A stretch of 63,061 bases of DNA, filler included, from Nemertoderma westbladi (lineage: Eukaryota > Animalia > Xenacoelomorpha): assembly GCA_032718475.1 (NCBI GenBank). It is 3 parts of 3 records of this genome, joined end to end, with 100 filler letters (N's around TTAATTAATTAA, not from the genome) between each part and the next. Parts side by side here need not be neighbours in the genome. Positions count along the whole stretch, not along the records: positions 1 to 26,946 come from JAUCBJ010003495.1; positions 27,047 to 53,926 come from JAUCBJ010000228.1; 1 more part is not named here. The stretch is one strand, 5' to 3'. Position numbers and translations under genes: made by a program. This document shows, piece after piece, positions 24,903 through 37,964 of this stretch; within the stretch, counting starts at the first letter, position 1; every line of letters starts with the position of its first letter. The notes beneath the pieces were generated by a model, which saw only the letters and a program-made list of their open reading frames with translations, was not told where the DNA came from and ran no database searches.

Positions 24903-26930
24903 TACTTACACTAGCAGTAGACGCCTACTACTGTACTTACACTAGTAGTAGACGCCTACTACTGTACTTACACTAGTAGTAGACGCCTACTACTGTACTT
25001 ACACTAGTAGTAGACGCCTACTACTGTACTTACACTAGTAGTAGACGCCTACTCACTACTTACACTAGTAGTAGACGCCTACTCACTACTTACACTAGTA
25101 GTAGACGCCTACTCACTACTTACACTAGTAGTAGACGCCTACTCACTACTTACACTAGTAGTAGACGCCTACTACTGTACTTACACTAGTAGTAGACGCC
25201 TACTACTTACACTAGTAGTAGACGCCTACTACTGTACTTACACTAGTAGTAGACGCCTACTACTGTACTTACACTAGTAGTAGACGCCTACTCACTACTT
25301 ACACTAGTAGTAGACGCCTACTACTGTACTTACACTAGTAGTAGACGCCTACTCACTACTTACACTAGTAGTAGACGCCTACTACTGTACTTACACTAGT
25401 AGTAGACGCCTACTCACTACTTACACTAGTAGTAGACGCCGACTCACTACTTACACTAGTAGTAGACGCCGACTCACTACTTACACTAGTAGTAGACGCC
25501 TACTCACTACTTACACTAGTAGTAGACGCCTACTCACTACTTACACTAGTAGTAGACGCCTACTACTCACTACTTACACTAGTAGTAGACGCCTACTACT
25601 GTACTTACACTAGTAGTAGACGCCTACTACTTACACTAGTAGTAGACGCCTACTCACTACTTACACTAGTAGTAGACGCCTACTCACTACTTACACTAGT
25701 AGTAGACGCCTACTCACTACTTACACTAGTAGTAGACGCCGACTCACTACTTACACTAGTAGTAGACGCCTACTCACTACTTACACTAGTAGTAGACGCC
25801 TACTCACTACTTACACTAGTAGTAGACGCCGACTCACTACTTACACTAGTAGTAGACGCCTACTCACTACTTACACTAGTAGTAGACGCCTACTACTGTA
25901 CTTACACTAGTAGTAGACGCCTACTACTTACACTAGTAGTAGACGCCTACTACTTACACTAGTAGTAGACGCCTACTACTTACACTAGTAGTAGACGCCT
26001 ACTACTTACACTAGTAGTAGACGCCTACTACTGTACTTACACTAGTAGTAGACGCCTACTACTTACACTAGTAGTAGACGCCTACTCACTACTTACACTA
26101 GTAGTAGACGCCTACTCACTACTTACACTAGTAGTAGACGCCTACTACTCACTACTTACACTAGTAGTAGACGCCTACTCACTACTTACACTAGTAGTAG
26201 ACGCCTACTACTGTACTTACACTAGTAGTAGACGCCTACTACTTACACTAGTAGTAGACGCCTACTCACTACTTACACTAGTAGTAGACGCCTACTCACT
26301 ACTTACACTAGTAGTAGACGCCTACTACTCACTACTTACACTAGTAGTAGACGCCTACTCACTACTTACACTAGTAGTAGACGCCTACTACTTACACTAG
26401 TAGTAGACGCCTACTCACTACTTACACTAGTAGTAGACGCCTACTACTTACACTAGTAGTAGACGCCTACTACTTACACTAGTAGTAGACGCCTACTACT
26501 TACACTAGTAGTAGACGCCTACTACTTACACTAGTAGTAGACGCCTACTACTTACACTAGTAGTAGACGCCTACTACTGTACTTACACTAGTAGTAGACG
26601 CCTACTACTTACACTAGTAGTAGACGCCTACTACTTACACTAGTAGTAGACGCCTACTACTGTACTTACACTAGTAGTAGACGCCTACTACTTACACTAG
26701 TAGTAGACGCCTACTACTTACACTAGTAGTAGACGCCTACTCACTACTTACACTAGTAGTAGACGCCTACTACTCACTACTTACACTAGTAGTAGACGCC
26801 GACTCACTACTTACACTAGTAGTAGACGCCGACTCACTACTTACACTAGTAGTAGACGCCTACTCACTACTTACACTAGTAGTAGACGCCTACTACTTAC
26901 ACTAGTAGTAGACGCCTACTCACTACTTAC
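24903..26930 (-). repeat. Minisatellite of 26-33-bp variable units, about 70 copies
   Basis: Core ACTTACACTAGTAGTAGACGCCTACT with CACT/ACTGT insert variants. Confidence 0.95.
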
Positions 26931-26946
26931 ACTTCTTTTATACGTC
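26931..26946 (-). CDS. Cupredoxin-repeat protein, 3' end of exon A (cut by the contig end)
   Basis: GACGTATAAAAGAAGT|GTAAGT reads RIKE plus GT (phase 2), which completes a Val with the first A of exon B. Only 16 bp visible. Confidence 0.5.
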
Positions 26947-27046
26947 NNNNNNNNNNNNNNNNNNNNNNNNNNNNNNNNNNNNNNNNNNNNTTAATTAATT
27001 AANNNNNNNNNNNNNNNNNNNNNNNNNNNNNNNNNNNNNNNNNNNN
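26947..27046. other. Artificial contig linker (N44-TTAATTAATTAA-N44)
   Basis: The 12-mer gives stops in all six frames. Identical linker at 53927-54026. Confidence 0.95.
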
Positions 27047-28060
27047 GGTGTGTGGGCACAGGGCAGTACTACCTCCATATGTAGTGTGGGGACAGGGCAG
27101 TACTGCCTCCAACAGTAGTGTGGGGACAGGGCAGTACTGCCTCCACCAGTGCACCAGTAGTGTGGGGACAGGGCAGTACTGCCTCCACCAGTAGTGTGGG
27201 GACAGGGCTGTACTGCCTCCACCAGTAGTGTGGGGACAGGGCTGTACTGCCTCCATCCGGTGCACCAGTCAGTGTGGGGACAGGGCAGTACTGCCTCCAC
27301 CGGTGTGTGGGGACAGGGCTGTACTGCCTCCACCAGTAGTGTAGGGACATGGCAGTTCTGCCTCCATCAGTAGTGTGGGGACAGGGCTGTACTGCCTCCA
27401 CCAGTAGTGTGGGGAGGGCAGTACTGCCTCCACCAGTAGTGTGGAGACAGGGCAGTACTGCCTCCACCAGTGCACCAGTAGTGTGGGGACAGGGCAGTAC
27501 TGCCTCCACCGGTGTGTGGGGACAGGGCAGTACTGCCTCCACCAGTAGTGTAGGGACATGGCAGTTACTGCCTCCATCAGTAGTGTGGGGACAGGGCTGT
27601 ACTGCCTCCACCAGTAGTGTGGGGAGGGCAGTACTGCCTCCACCAGTAGTGTGGAGACAGGGCAGTACTGCCTCCACCATCCACCAGTAGTGTGGGGACA
27701 GGGCATACTGCCTCCACCAGTAGTGTGGGGACAGGCTTACCAGATATTATATCAGTTAACCTATAACAATATCAGAGCAATACCAGATATTATATCAGTT
27801 AACCTATAACAATATCAGAGCGATAACGACAAACTATTTTCTTCTCAATTACACGGTGACGCGTAACCTAATAAACCGGTCGGGATCCCCTGATCCCGTC
27901 ACATGGAGGCAATTAATACTGCCTGATGGAGGCAGTACTGTGCTGTCCCCACACTACTGGTGGAGGCAATTAATACTGCCATGTCCCCACACTGGTGGCG
28001 GAGGCAGTAAGGCCCTGTCCCCACACTACTGGTGGAGGCAGTACTGCCCTGTCCCCACCA
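27047..28060. repeat. ~34-bp minisatellite with inverted copies
   Basis: Unit CCAGTAGTGTGGGGACAGGGCAGTACTGCCTCCA at 27047-27735, reverse-complement units at ~27905-28060, and a 42-bp duplication in between. Confidence 0.9.
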
Positions 28061-28113
28061 CACAATTTACAATCGGTGAACGGCGTACTTTACTTTCTAA
28101 CCCCTTTGTAAAG

Positions 28114-28212
28114 GTAATTAAAAATAACCTCAACGTGCACAGCTATAATGAAACAGCGTGCAGTGAGTTAGAAGAATTCTTTCTCGATGGACGCGTTATA
28201 CTACCGGCTTTG
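28114..28212 (+). CDS. Candidate internal exon, unknown protein
   Basis: Branch-like CTAAC, then cctttgtaaag|, 99 bp open (VIKNNLNVHSYNETACSELEEFFLDGRVILPAL), then |GTAAGG. Confidence 0.4.
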
Positions 28213-29149
28213 GTAAGGTAATATAAGTCACAAAGTTTTCTTTAATACTTTCTTTATCAAATTAAATTTTTAAGCGCAATATAATAAGCCGAATTTTTAT
28301 TAATCATGTTGGTTTCCAATTGGCTCGTTTATTTACATACATTTGTAACTTTTATTGGATGTTTCGTTTACAACCAATGGAAATTATTACTTTGTTGTAA
28401 GATTTTGAATTGAAATAATTCAATCTCAGACATAGCCGCTCGCTACCAGCTCAATAATAATCTTTGATCTCCATACTAGTACTGGTAGTGGGCCATTTCT
28501 CTAGCAGCCTTGGCCATTTCCGAAAGAGCGATAATATGTTGTTCGTTGGTCGTTCTTCAGGAATCAGTTCCTATAGCAAATTTATGATATCGCATGTGCA
28601 GCTTTATAACGTCATATGCAGTCCATTTCAGTTAGTAAAACCTAAAGTAAAAAATAACCTTGCCCTAACCAATTGTTGGACTAAAAAATGTTATGTTGTT
28701 TAAAGACATGGGAATTTCATTCAAAGCCGTTAAATTAAGCTAAAATAAACTCTATTATTACTTAACTTATTTTGTTTCCTTACAAAGGTAATTCAAATAG
28801 GCTGTGCCTCTACTCTGATCACTTAAATTAATCTTATCGATTTATAAAACTGCCAAAACAAGTTTACCATTATATTTCCGTATGTGGCCACCCCACCCAC
28901 CCCCCCCCCCCCCCCCCCCCGCCCCCCTACAATAACGTAACAAAATTTAAATTAAAGGTATCGAATTATTCTTTCTACAATTAATGCTACGTAAGTCACA
29001 ATTACCATGTATTCACAATACCAATGAAGCAATTAGTATTTGAATTGTCGGTGTAATTGTATTAGCATTTCCATTTGAATTCCAATTATTTTACGTTTAG
29101 TTAGACAACAGCAACACAAAGGGAAACATAACGGCAGCTTCCTTCATCC

Positions 29150-32100
29150 TCTGTCCCACTCGGCCCTTCCTACATGGTCTGTTAGATTGTTCCGCCCTTT
29201 CTAGAGTCCATTGGATTTATTCCGCACTTCCTAGTGTCCATTAGATTTATTCCGCCCTTCCTACATAGTTTATTAGATTGTTCCGCCCTTCCTACATAGT
29301 CTGTTAGATTGTTCTGCCATTCCTAGAGTCCATTGGATTTATTCCGCCATTCCTAGAGTCCATTGGATTTATTCCGCCCTTCCTACATGGTCTGTTAGAT
29401 TGTTCTGCCATTCCTAGAGTCCATTAGATTTATTCCGCCCTTCCTACATAGTTTATTAGATTGTTCCGCCCTTCCTACATAGTCTGTTAGATTGTTCTGC
29501 CATTCCTAGAGTCCATTGGATTTATTCCGCACTTCCTAGTCTCCATTGGTTTTATTCCGCCATTCCTAGAGTCCATTGGATTTATTCCGTCCTTCCTACA
29601 TGGTCTGTTAGATTGTTCTGCCATTCCTAGAGTCCATTGGATTTATTCCGCACTTCCTAGTCTCCATTGGTTTTATTCCGCCATTCCTAGAGTCCATTGG
29701 ATTTATTCCGCCCTTCCTACATGGTCTGTTAGATTGTTCTGCCATTCCTAGAGTCCATTGGATTTATTCCGCACTTCCTAGTCTCCATTGGTTTTATTCC
29801 GCCATTCCTAGAGTCCATTGGATTTATTCCGCCCGTCCTACATGGTCTGTTAGATTGTTCTGCCATTCCTAGAGTCCATTGGATTTATTCCGCCCTTCCT
29901 ACATGGTCTGTTAAATTGTTCTGCCATTCCTAGAGTCCATTGGATTTATTCCGCCCTTCCTACATAGTCTGTTAGATTGTTCCGCCCTTTCTAGAGTCCA
30001 TTGGATTTATTCCGCCATTCCTAGTGTCCATTGGATTTATTCCGCCCTTCCTACATTGTCTGTTAAATTTTTCCGCCCTTCATTGAGTCCATTGGATTTA
30101 TTCCGCCCTTCCTAGTGTCCATTAGATTTATTCCGCCCTTCCTACATAGTTTATTAGATTGTTCTGCCATTCCTAGAGTCCATTGGATTTATTCCGCACT
30201 TCCTTGTCTCTATTGGTTTTATTCCGCCATTCCTAGAATCCATTGGATTTATTCCGCCCTTCCTACATTGTCTGTTAGATTGTTCCGCCCTTTCTAGAGT
30301 CCATTGGATTTATTCCGCGCTTCCTAGTGTCCATTAGATTTATTCCGCCCTTCCTACATTGTCTGTTAAATTTTTCGGCCCTTCATTGAGTCCATTGGAT
30401 TTATTCCGCCCTTCCTAGTGTCCATTAGATTTATTCCGCCCTTCCTACATAGTTTATTAGATTGTTCTGCCATTCCTAGAGTCCATTGGATTTATTCCGC
30501 GCTTCCTAGTGTCCATTAGATTTATTCCGCCCTTCCTACATTGTCTGTTAAATTTTTCGGCCCTTCATTGAGTCCATTGGATTTATTCCGCCCTTCCTAG
30601 TGTCCATTAGATTTATTCCGCCCTTCCTACATAGTTTATTAGATTGTTCTGCCATTCCTAGAGTCCATTGGATTTATTCCGCACTTCCTAGTCTCTATTG
30701 GTTTTATTCCGCCATTCCTACATAGTCTGTTAGATTGTTCTGCCATTCCTTGAGTCCATTGGATTTATTCCGCACTTCCTAGTCTCTATTGGTTTTATTC
30801 CGCCCTTCCTACATAGTCTGTTAGATTGTTCTGCCATTCCTAGAGTCCATTGGATTTATTCCGCACTTCCTAGTCTCTATTGGTTTTATTCCGCCATTCC
30901 TAGTGTCCATTGGATTTATTCCGCCCTTCCTACGTAGTCTGTTAAATTTTTCCGCCCTTCATTGAGTCCATTGGATTTATTCCGCCCTTCCTAGTGTCCA
31001 TTAGATTTATTCCGCCCTTCCTACATAGTTTATTAGATTGTTCTGCCATTCCTAGAGTCCATTGGATTTATTCCGCCCTTCCTACATGGTCTGTTAGATT
31101 GTTCTGCCATTCCTAGAGTCCATTGGATTTATTCCGCCCTTCCTACATGGTCTGTTAGATTGTTCTGCCATTCCTAGAGTCCATTGGATTTATTCCGCAC
31201 TTCCTAGTCTCCATTGGTTTTATTCCGCAATTCCTAGAGTCCATTGGATTTATTCCGCCCTTCCTACATGGTCTGTTAGATTGTTCTGCCATTCCTAGAG
31301 TCCATTGGATTTATTCCGCACTTCCTAGTCTCTATTGGTTTTATTCCGCCATTCCTAGTGTCCATTGGATTTATTCCGCCCTTCCTACATTGTCTGTTAG
31401 ATTGTTCCGCCCTTTCTAGAGTCCATTGGATTTATTCCGCAATTCCTAGAGTCCATTGGATTTATTCCGCCCTTCCTACATGGTCTGTTAGATTGTTCTG
31501 CCATTCCTAGAGTCCATTGGATTTATTCCGCACTTCCTAGTCTCTATTGGTTTTATTCCGCCATTCCTAGTGTCCATTGGATTTATTCCGCCCTTCCTAC
31601 ATGGTCTGTTAGATTGTTCCGCCCTTTCTAGAGTCCATTGGATTTATTCCGCCCTTCCTACATGGTCTGTTAGATTGTTCCGCCCTTTCTAGAGTCCATT
31701 GGATTTATTCCGCACTTCCTAGTCTCCATTGGTTTTATTCCGCCATTCCTAGAGTCCATTAGATTTATTCCGCTCTTCCTACATTGTCTGTTAAATTTTT
31801 CGGCCCTTCATTGAGTCCATTGGATTTATTCCGCCCTTCCTAGTGTCCATTAGATTTATTCCGCCCTTCCTACATAGTTTATTAGATTGTTCTGCCATTC
31901 CTAGAGTCCATTGGATTTATTCCGCGCTTCCTAGTGTCCATTAGATTTATTCCGCCCTTCCTACATTGTCTGTTAAATTTTTCGGCCCTTCATTGAGTCC
32001 ATTGGATTTATTCCGCCCTTCCTAGTGTCCATTAGATTTATTCCGCCCTTCCTACATAGTTTATTAGATTGTTCTGCCATTCCTAGAGTCCATTGGATTT

Positions 32101-32945
32101 ATTCCGCACTTCCTAGTCTCTATTGGTTTTATTCCGCCATTCCTACATAGTCTGTTAGATTGTTCTGCCATTCCTTGAGTCCATTGGATTTATTCCGCAC
32201 TTCCTAGTCTCTATTGGTTTTATACCGCCCTTCCTACATAGTCTGTTAGATTGTTCTGCCATTCCTAGAGTCCATTGGATTTATTCCGCACTTCCTAGTC
32301 TCTATTGGTTTTATTCCGCCATTCCTAGTGTCCATTGGATTTATTCCGCCCTTCCTACGTAGTCTGTTAAATTTTTCCGCCCTTCATTGAGTCCATTGGA
32401 TTTATTCCGCCCTTCCTAGTGTCCATTAGATTTATTCCGCCCTTCCTACATAGTTTATTAGATTGTTCTGCCATTCCTAGAGTCCATTGGATTTATTCCG
32501 CCCTTCCTACATGGTCTGTTAGATTGTTCTGCCATTCCTAGAGTCCATTGGATTTATTCCGCCCTTCCTACATGGTCTGTTAGATTGTTCTGCCATTCCT
32601 AGAGTCCATTGGATTTATTCCGCCCTTCCTACATGGTCTGTTAGATTGTTCCGCCCTTTCTAGAGTCCATTGGATTTATTCCGCACTTCCTAGTCTCCAT
32701 TGGTTTTATTCCGCAATTCCTAGAGTCCATTGGATTTATTCCGCCCTTCCTACATGGTCTGTTAGATTGTTCTGCCATTCCTAGAGTCCATTGGATTTAT
32801 TCCGCCCTTCCTACATAGTCTGTTAGATTGTTCTGCCATTCCTAGAGTCCATTGGATTTATTCCGCCCTTCCTAGTGTCAATTTGATTTATTCCGCCTTT
32901 CTTACATAGTCTGTTCGTTAGATTACTTAGATTGTTCAGCCCTTC
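29150..32945. repeat. 3.8-kb satellite of related 29- and 32-bp subunits
   Basis: Subunits GATTTATTCCGCCCTTCCTACATGGTCTGTTA and GATTGTTCTGCCATTCCTAGAGTCCATTG and their variants. Confidence 0.95.
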
Positions 32946-34213
32946 CCATAGTAGTCCACTCTTTCAGTATATCAGTATAACAACTATTGCCCCCAACTCT
33001 TAACACTTTGCGGCCATTGTAAGCTGCTCCCTAGAAGCTTCTCTCCTTTGGTTGCCCTGCCAACCAACTAACTGGTGGTAAGCTGATCCTACAACTCTGC
33101 TCTGCACAAGGATTTCTATTTCCAAACGCCACCATATCCACACTACAGTATATAGGAGGCTGGACTGTCAGTCAGTTTCCCAGCTTTCTCATTCACATTT
33201 AAAGTAATTCCCTTTAATGATAAAAGCATTTGTATCATGTTGATAATAATTATAATTAATTTCTTAAACTCCTTCTTCTTAATTAGTGAGTAGAAGTTTA
33301 ATAAATGTCTGATTAGTAATTATTTTAATTAAGTAATGAATAAATAAAATTTCATCTATTTTCATACACTTTTTATGCACAAAATGGAAGCAACTCTTCA
33401 ACATGGTGTTTTAGCACCTCTTTAGTATATTTATTGTTTTTATATTACATGTATATACATACAGTACCACTTTGAATTTTGGTAATCTGTAAAATAAGCA
33501 CGCATCCTCAAAATCGTAATTTATTTAATTTATAGGAGTTTCTGACATTATTTCCCGAGTTTAGGGTTTATTTGACAGTTTTAATTTTAGTTGGGACTGT
33601 GCCACTATTGTAACCCACTCCTACATTGTTCTGCAAGTAATTCATTCACTATGTAATTCCTTGACAATCATTATAAATCCATATGGACCTCTTATCCCAG
33701 AGGTAGGCATACTCCTGTAAGGTAGGTGTCCTTAAAGACACCGGTTCGGTTATGTCTAAAGAAATCCAATAACTCATTATTCAAATACAATAATACCATA
33801 TGGTGCTTCCTTCCTACCTACAGCTACAACTAACAGTGCAGTGTGGAGAGAGTTAGTTCATGGATGTAAGTACAATACATTGCCTAATGATAACGTTTTT
33901 TTGTCTCACAGGCAGAACGGTGTAACGCCTGGTAGAGTAGCGGGTATGCCGGGTTGAGGTTTCAGTGATTTATAATTATAATAATACTTAGTAGGTCCCT
34001 AGGCTGTTGGCCATTATACTGCTCCACATGTACAAGGGGAAGGGGGTTCTTGAAATCTTGAAATTCCATCTGGGGGAATTAATATCTCGTCTCAATGTTA
34101 TCTTATCCGTGCTCAGCATAGGCTGAGATGACTGGGGAGTAATTTCAAGAGGGAGTTATCTCAGCCTTATACACCGGGCCAACAAACCCTAACCTACAAA
34201 ACACCCCAATAAC

Positions 34214-34478
34214 CAGAGACAGGGGGGGGGAAACTCGACGCAAAACCCGCCTTGGCGAATTAATATCCCGCCTCAATGATAAATTTTCAATTTAGGGAAA
34301 GGAGCAGGTTACAGTGGCACGATATTTTAACCAAAACAATAAACTAAACACAATAGAACAGGTTACAGTTTTATTTTTGAGAGTAATCATCTGTTATTTG
34401 CGTCGAATCTCCCCCGCGGAGAGTGATGCATTTTTATTGCGTCCAGACAGCCCCCCCCCCCCCCCCGTCTGTGTTCTC
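34214..34478. mobile_element. MITE family A copy (reverse orientation)
   Basis: Reverse complement of 2324-2590. Confidence 0.8.
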
Positions 34479-35271
34479 CATATAGACACAGTGGCGCCTG
34501 TAGTGTGATAGAGTCCGGTAACCTGTTCTATTGACTTTAGTTTTAGTTTATTGTTTACTGGGTTAGAATAACGTACAGTGCCAATGCTAAAATGCTGTCT
34601 TATGTAGTATATGCGTCCATACTTCTTATGTCCGCGTCCGTTCGGCCAATTGTGTGATCGTCAATATCTATCTCAGGAACGCAGCAACTCCATTAAATTT
34701 GTGAAAATTTTAAGAGAAAACATTTTTTCAATTCTTAAAAAAATTTTGCACGAGTAAAATTTCAGTAAAATCTGCAACTCGGTCAAAGTAAACACTAGAC
34801 AACGCCTTTTTGGTCCGTTCTATTTAAAAAGTAAGTTTTTTTTACGCGATATACTTTCAAACAACGATTCGGGACTTTAGAGCCCGAGAGGCTTTAGATG
34901 CCACTAGACAAACTTTTACAGATTATAAGATTAGCGGCTCAAACCCTAACAGAAAATCAAACCCAACCCACAACTTTTACCCAATGCGTGTGTATGTACT
35001 GTACAGTACTACCTGCCTACCGGTAGCTGTTACGTGTACTGCTGTACCGTACCAAATTTATACTGAAGTCCCCTGGGATCTAAAGTGTTGAGACTCCAAA
35101 AAGGGTTTGAAATTTATTTTGAATTGAATACTTACTGTAATATTACAGTACGTCTACATTGAAATTGCAACAATATATTAGGCGTATAACTAATTTATTA
35201 TCACCTTTATTATTGCTGTTCGTGTTTCTATTGGTTTTACTATTTGTAATTAATCGACTGATTATGGTGCC

Positions 35272-35302
35272 GTTGCTATGCGACGGGGCGGTAACGCGGA
35301 AG
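35272..35302 (+). promoter_or_regulatory. Putative promoter: X-box-like, GC box and ETS motifs
   Basis: GTTGCTATGCGAC, GGGGCGG and CGGAAG clustered 60-90 bp before the ATG at 35360. Confidence 0.45.
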
Positions 35303-35359
35303 GTTCTCCAATGAACTGTTTCTAAAGATCAAAGGAAACTGAAAGTAATCCGATCCAAG

Positions 35360-35483
35360 ATGTTGTCTATGTTGCGAAACCACCGAGGTGGGGAGTCCAA
35401 GGCCGACGGTGGAGGTGGTGGCGGCGGTGGCGGAATGATGAGTTGGTGGCGCACCCGGGAAGGTTGCGGCGGGATATTAATAG
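35360..35483 (+). CDS. Candidate first coding exon with a Gly tract, unknown product
   Basis: MLSMLRNHRGGESKADGGGGGGGGGMMSWWRTREGCGGILI with mixed Gly codons, GC-rich, ending in a strong AG|GTGAGT donor. Confidence 0.55.
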
Positions 35484-36520
35484 GTGAGTCAGAGTCAGTT
35501 ACTAATATTTATGTTTGGTGCTTGATGACCAGTGTTCGAATTGGGTTAAAGTGTATCTGTCTCTTTCGTAAGCTTCTCAATTTTAAACAAACTGGAAAGT
35601 CAGTTTCTAAAAGTTTCTACTGTAGTAGATAAACTTCTTCACCATTTCAAATTAAAACGTCACATGAGTGAGCGTTTTATCAAACAAACAATTTAAAGCT
35701 GCTTTACCTGTCAGGCTTATGTTGAGTAGATAGATACATGTCAAAATATCACTTCCAAAGGATAAAATCCAAACATACAAAATTTAGGAGAAGGTTAAAA
35801 CATTCCAACCTCGTAAACAGAACATATAGTTTAGTAGGTACTTTTAGATCGCTGCAAAGAATCAACTCTAAAGAATAAAAATGGGCCAAAATTAGCTAAA
35901 AGGCATTATAAACGACGATATGGGTGAAGGATTTAACTTTCTAACAATTCGACCCCTAACTATGCCTATAGACTGGAGAACTGCAGACTGGTCAGCTTCC
36001 TCCCATATATATGCAGCCTGGTGTAGTAAACATCTGTCAATTATCAGCTAAAAAGCATTATAAATATCGAAATGAAATGAAGGTTTTTCACTTTAAGAAT
36101 TTCGCCTCTTGTCGGCAGACTGGGGAACTGCAGACTGGTGAGCGCGTCCTACCCGACGAACACAGAGCCTACCTATGCTGTTAGTAAGACCCTGCCAAGT
36201 GCAAGTTCCAGGAAAAAACATTACAAACAAAGAAATGGGATAACGTTTTCACTTTCAGACATACTGGAGACTGGAACCGGTCTGTGTCTTCCCAAACACA
36301 CAGCCTATGGTCAGGTAAATCTGCAAAGTGTCAGTTAGAACAGAGTGAGTCTGCTGGTGGGGTGCAACTGCTTTTATACATTTTCCTACCAGCTGACATA
36401 GTTTGGCCGAAACCGAGACCGGCCCGGGTTTTAGACATTCTTCGTAAGCATTCTTGCTGCAAAATATTTCACACGGAGTAAATATTTATAGAAGGTTATA
36501 CAAATCTGTATGGAGTTTAC

Positions 36521-36782
36521 GGAGACAGGGGGGGGGGTGGGGGGGGGGGGGGGGTACTGGACGCAAATCCCATCTTGGCGAATTAATATCCCGCCTCAAT
36601 GTTAAATTCTCAATTTAGGGAAAGGAGCAGGTTACAGTGGCACGTTATTTTAACCAAAACAATGAACTAAACACGATAGAACAGGTTACAGTTTTATTTT
36701 TGAGAGTAATCAGCTGTTATTTGCGTCCAATTTCCCCTGGAGAGGGATGACTTTTTATTGCGTCCAGTTCCCCCCCTATCTG
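36521..36782. mobile_element. MITE family A copy (reverse orientation)
   Basis: Reverse complement of 2324-2590. Confidence 0.85.
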
Positions 36783-37778
36783 AGTTACGCGGCTATCGTA
36801 CATAGAATAGTTTAGTTTAGTTTAGGGGGAAACATTAATGAAGTTACATTTTAATTAATATTTAACCAATTTATGAAAGGCACAATACATTTGTTTATTG
36901 CCTCCAGTGCAGAATGATATCATGAAAAATAAAACATTATAATATCTGTGGGAACTGTGAACCCCGCCCGGAATGATATTTTAATTACATATTAATTTTA
37001 GCTAATGAATGGTTTTATTTGAAAAAGTGTTACGAAACACCATTAATAACAGTTAGGGAAATCAATAATAATATGTATTATTAACTGAAACTGATTAATT
37101 TTGAGCGCATTAATTGTTGGTTACTAAAACAATTACTTTTTCCATTATATTAAATGGTTTTTGTGTCACTATGATATATTATAGTCTTCCACTAATATAA
37201 AACTGTTTCCTGTTCTATTGAATTTTGTTTATTGTTTTGGTTAGTATAACGTGCCATACATAGTATAACCTGTTAAATTATCAAATTTTATTGATACTGA
37301 TTATATTATTTTCCTGATAGAATTTAGTGAAAATGATTTTTTTTGAAGGTCGACAAATGACAGCCAATTTTATATCATATTCTAAATAATTATATATAAT
37401 ATTCAATAATGCAATATAACAAGGTCTGTCACTTAGGTAAATAAAATAGTGTATAATTATTTGAGAATAAATTATGTGCCATCTGCCGGTTGATGTTCAA
37501 GTATATTGGTGGAAATATTGAACTACCGGCTAATTGGCGACATATGTCTGTATATGGGCCTCTTCTTTTAATAACAACGCAATTGAACGCCTCTGTATTA
37601 TTATTCTGTTATAAAATTATCTTTTTGTTTATTTTATTTTAACATAAGAATAACTACCGGTGTTGAATAAGGGCGGTGTAGTATAAATGATTGTTTAGAA
37701 AAGTTTCTTTATTTATCTACTTTATCTATAATAGCCTCCTTGATATAATACATAATAATATGATCTGTAATAATATCT

Positions 37779-37964
37779 GATAGGGGGGGACTGGACGCAA
37801 TCAAAATTCATCCCTCTCAAGGAGAAATTGGACGCAAATAACAGCTGATTTCTATAAAAAATAAAACTGTAACCTGTTCAATTGTCCCTATAACTTTCCC
37901 TATATTGAGAATTTATATTAATTCGCCAAGATGGAATTTGCGTCCAGTTTCCCCCTCCTGTCTC
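37779..37964. mobile_element. MITE family A copy, internally deleted
   Basis: Same termini and internal motifs as 2324-2590, but shorter. Confidence 0.75.

Noticed and set aside
26991-27002. TTAATTAATTAA as a biological motif
   Set aside because: Centred in N runs and repeated identically, so it is an assembly linker.
26995-27706. Repetitive Cys/Pro/Trp ORFs
   Set aside because: Translations of the 34-bp minisatellite.
35330-35500. Minus-strand Pro-rich peptide ending WFRNIDNILDRITFSFL, like a Cys-loop receptor M4 lead-in
   Set aside because: It is bounded by stops with no TM helix. The plus-strand reading has an ATG, promoter motifs and a strong donor.
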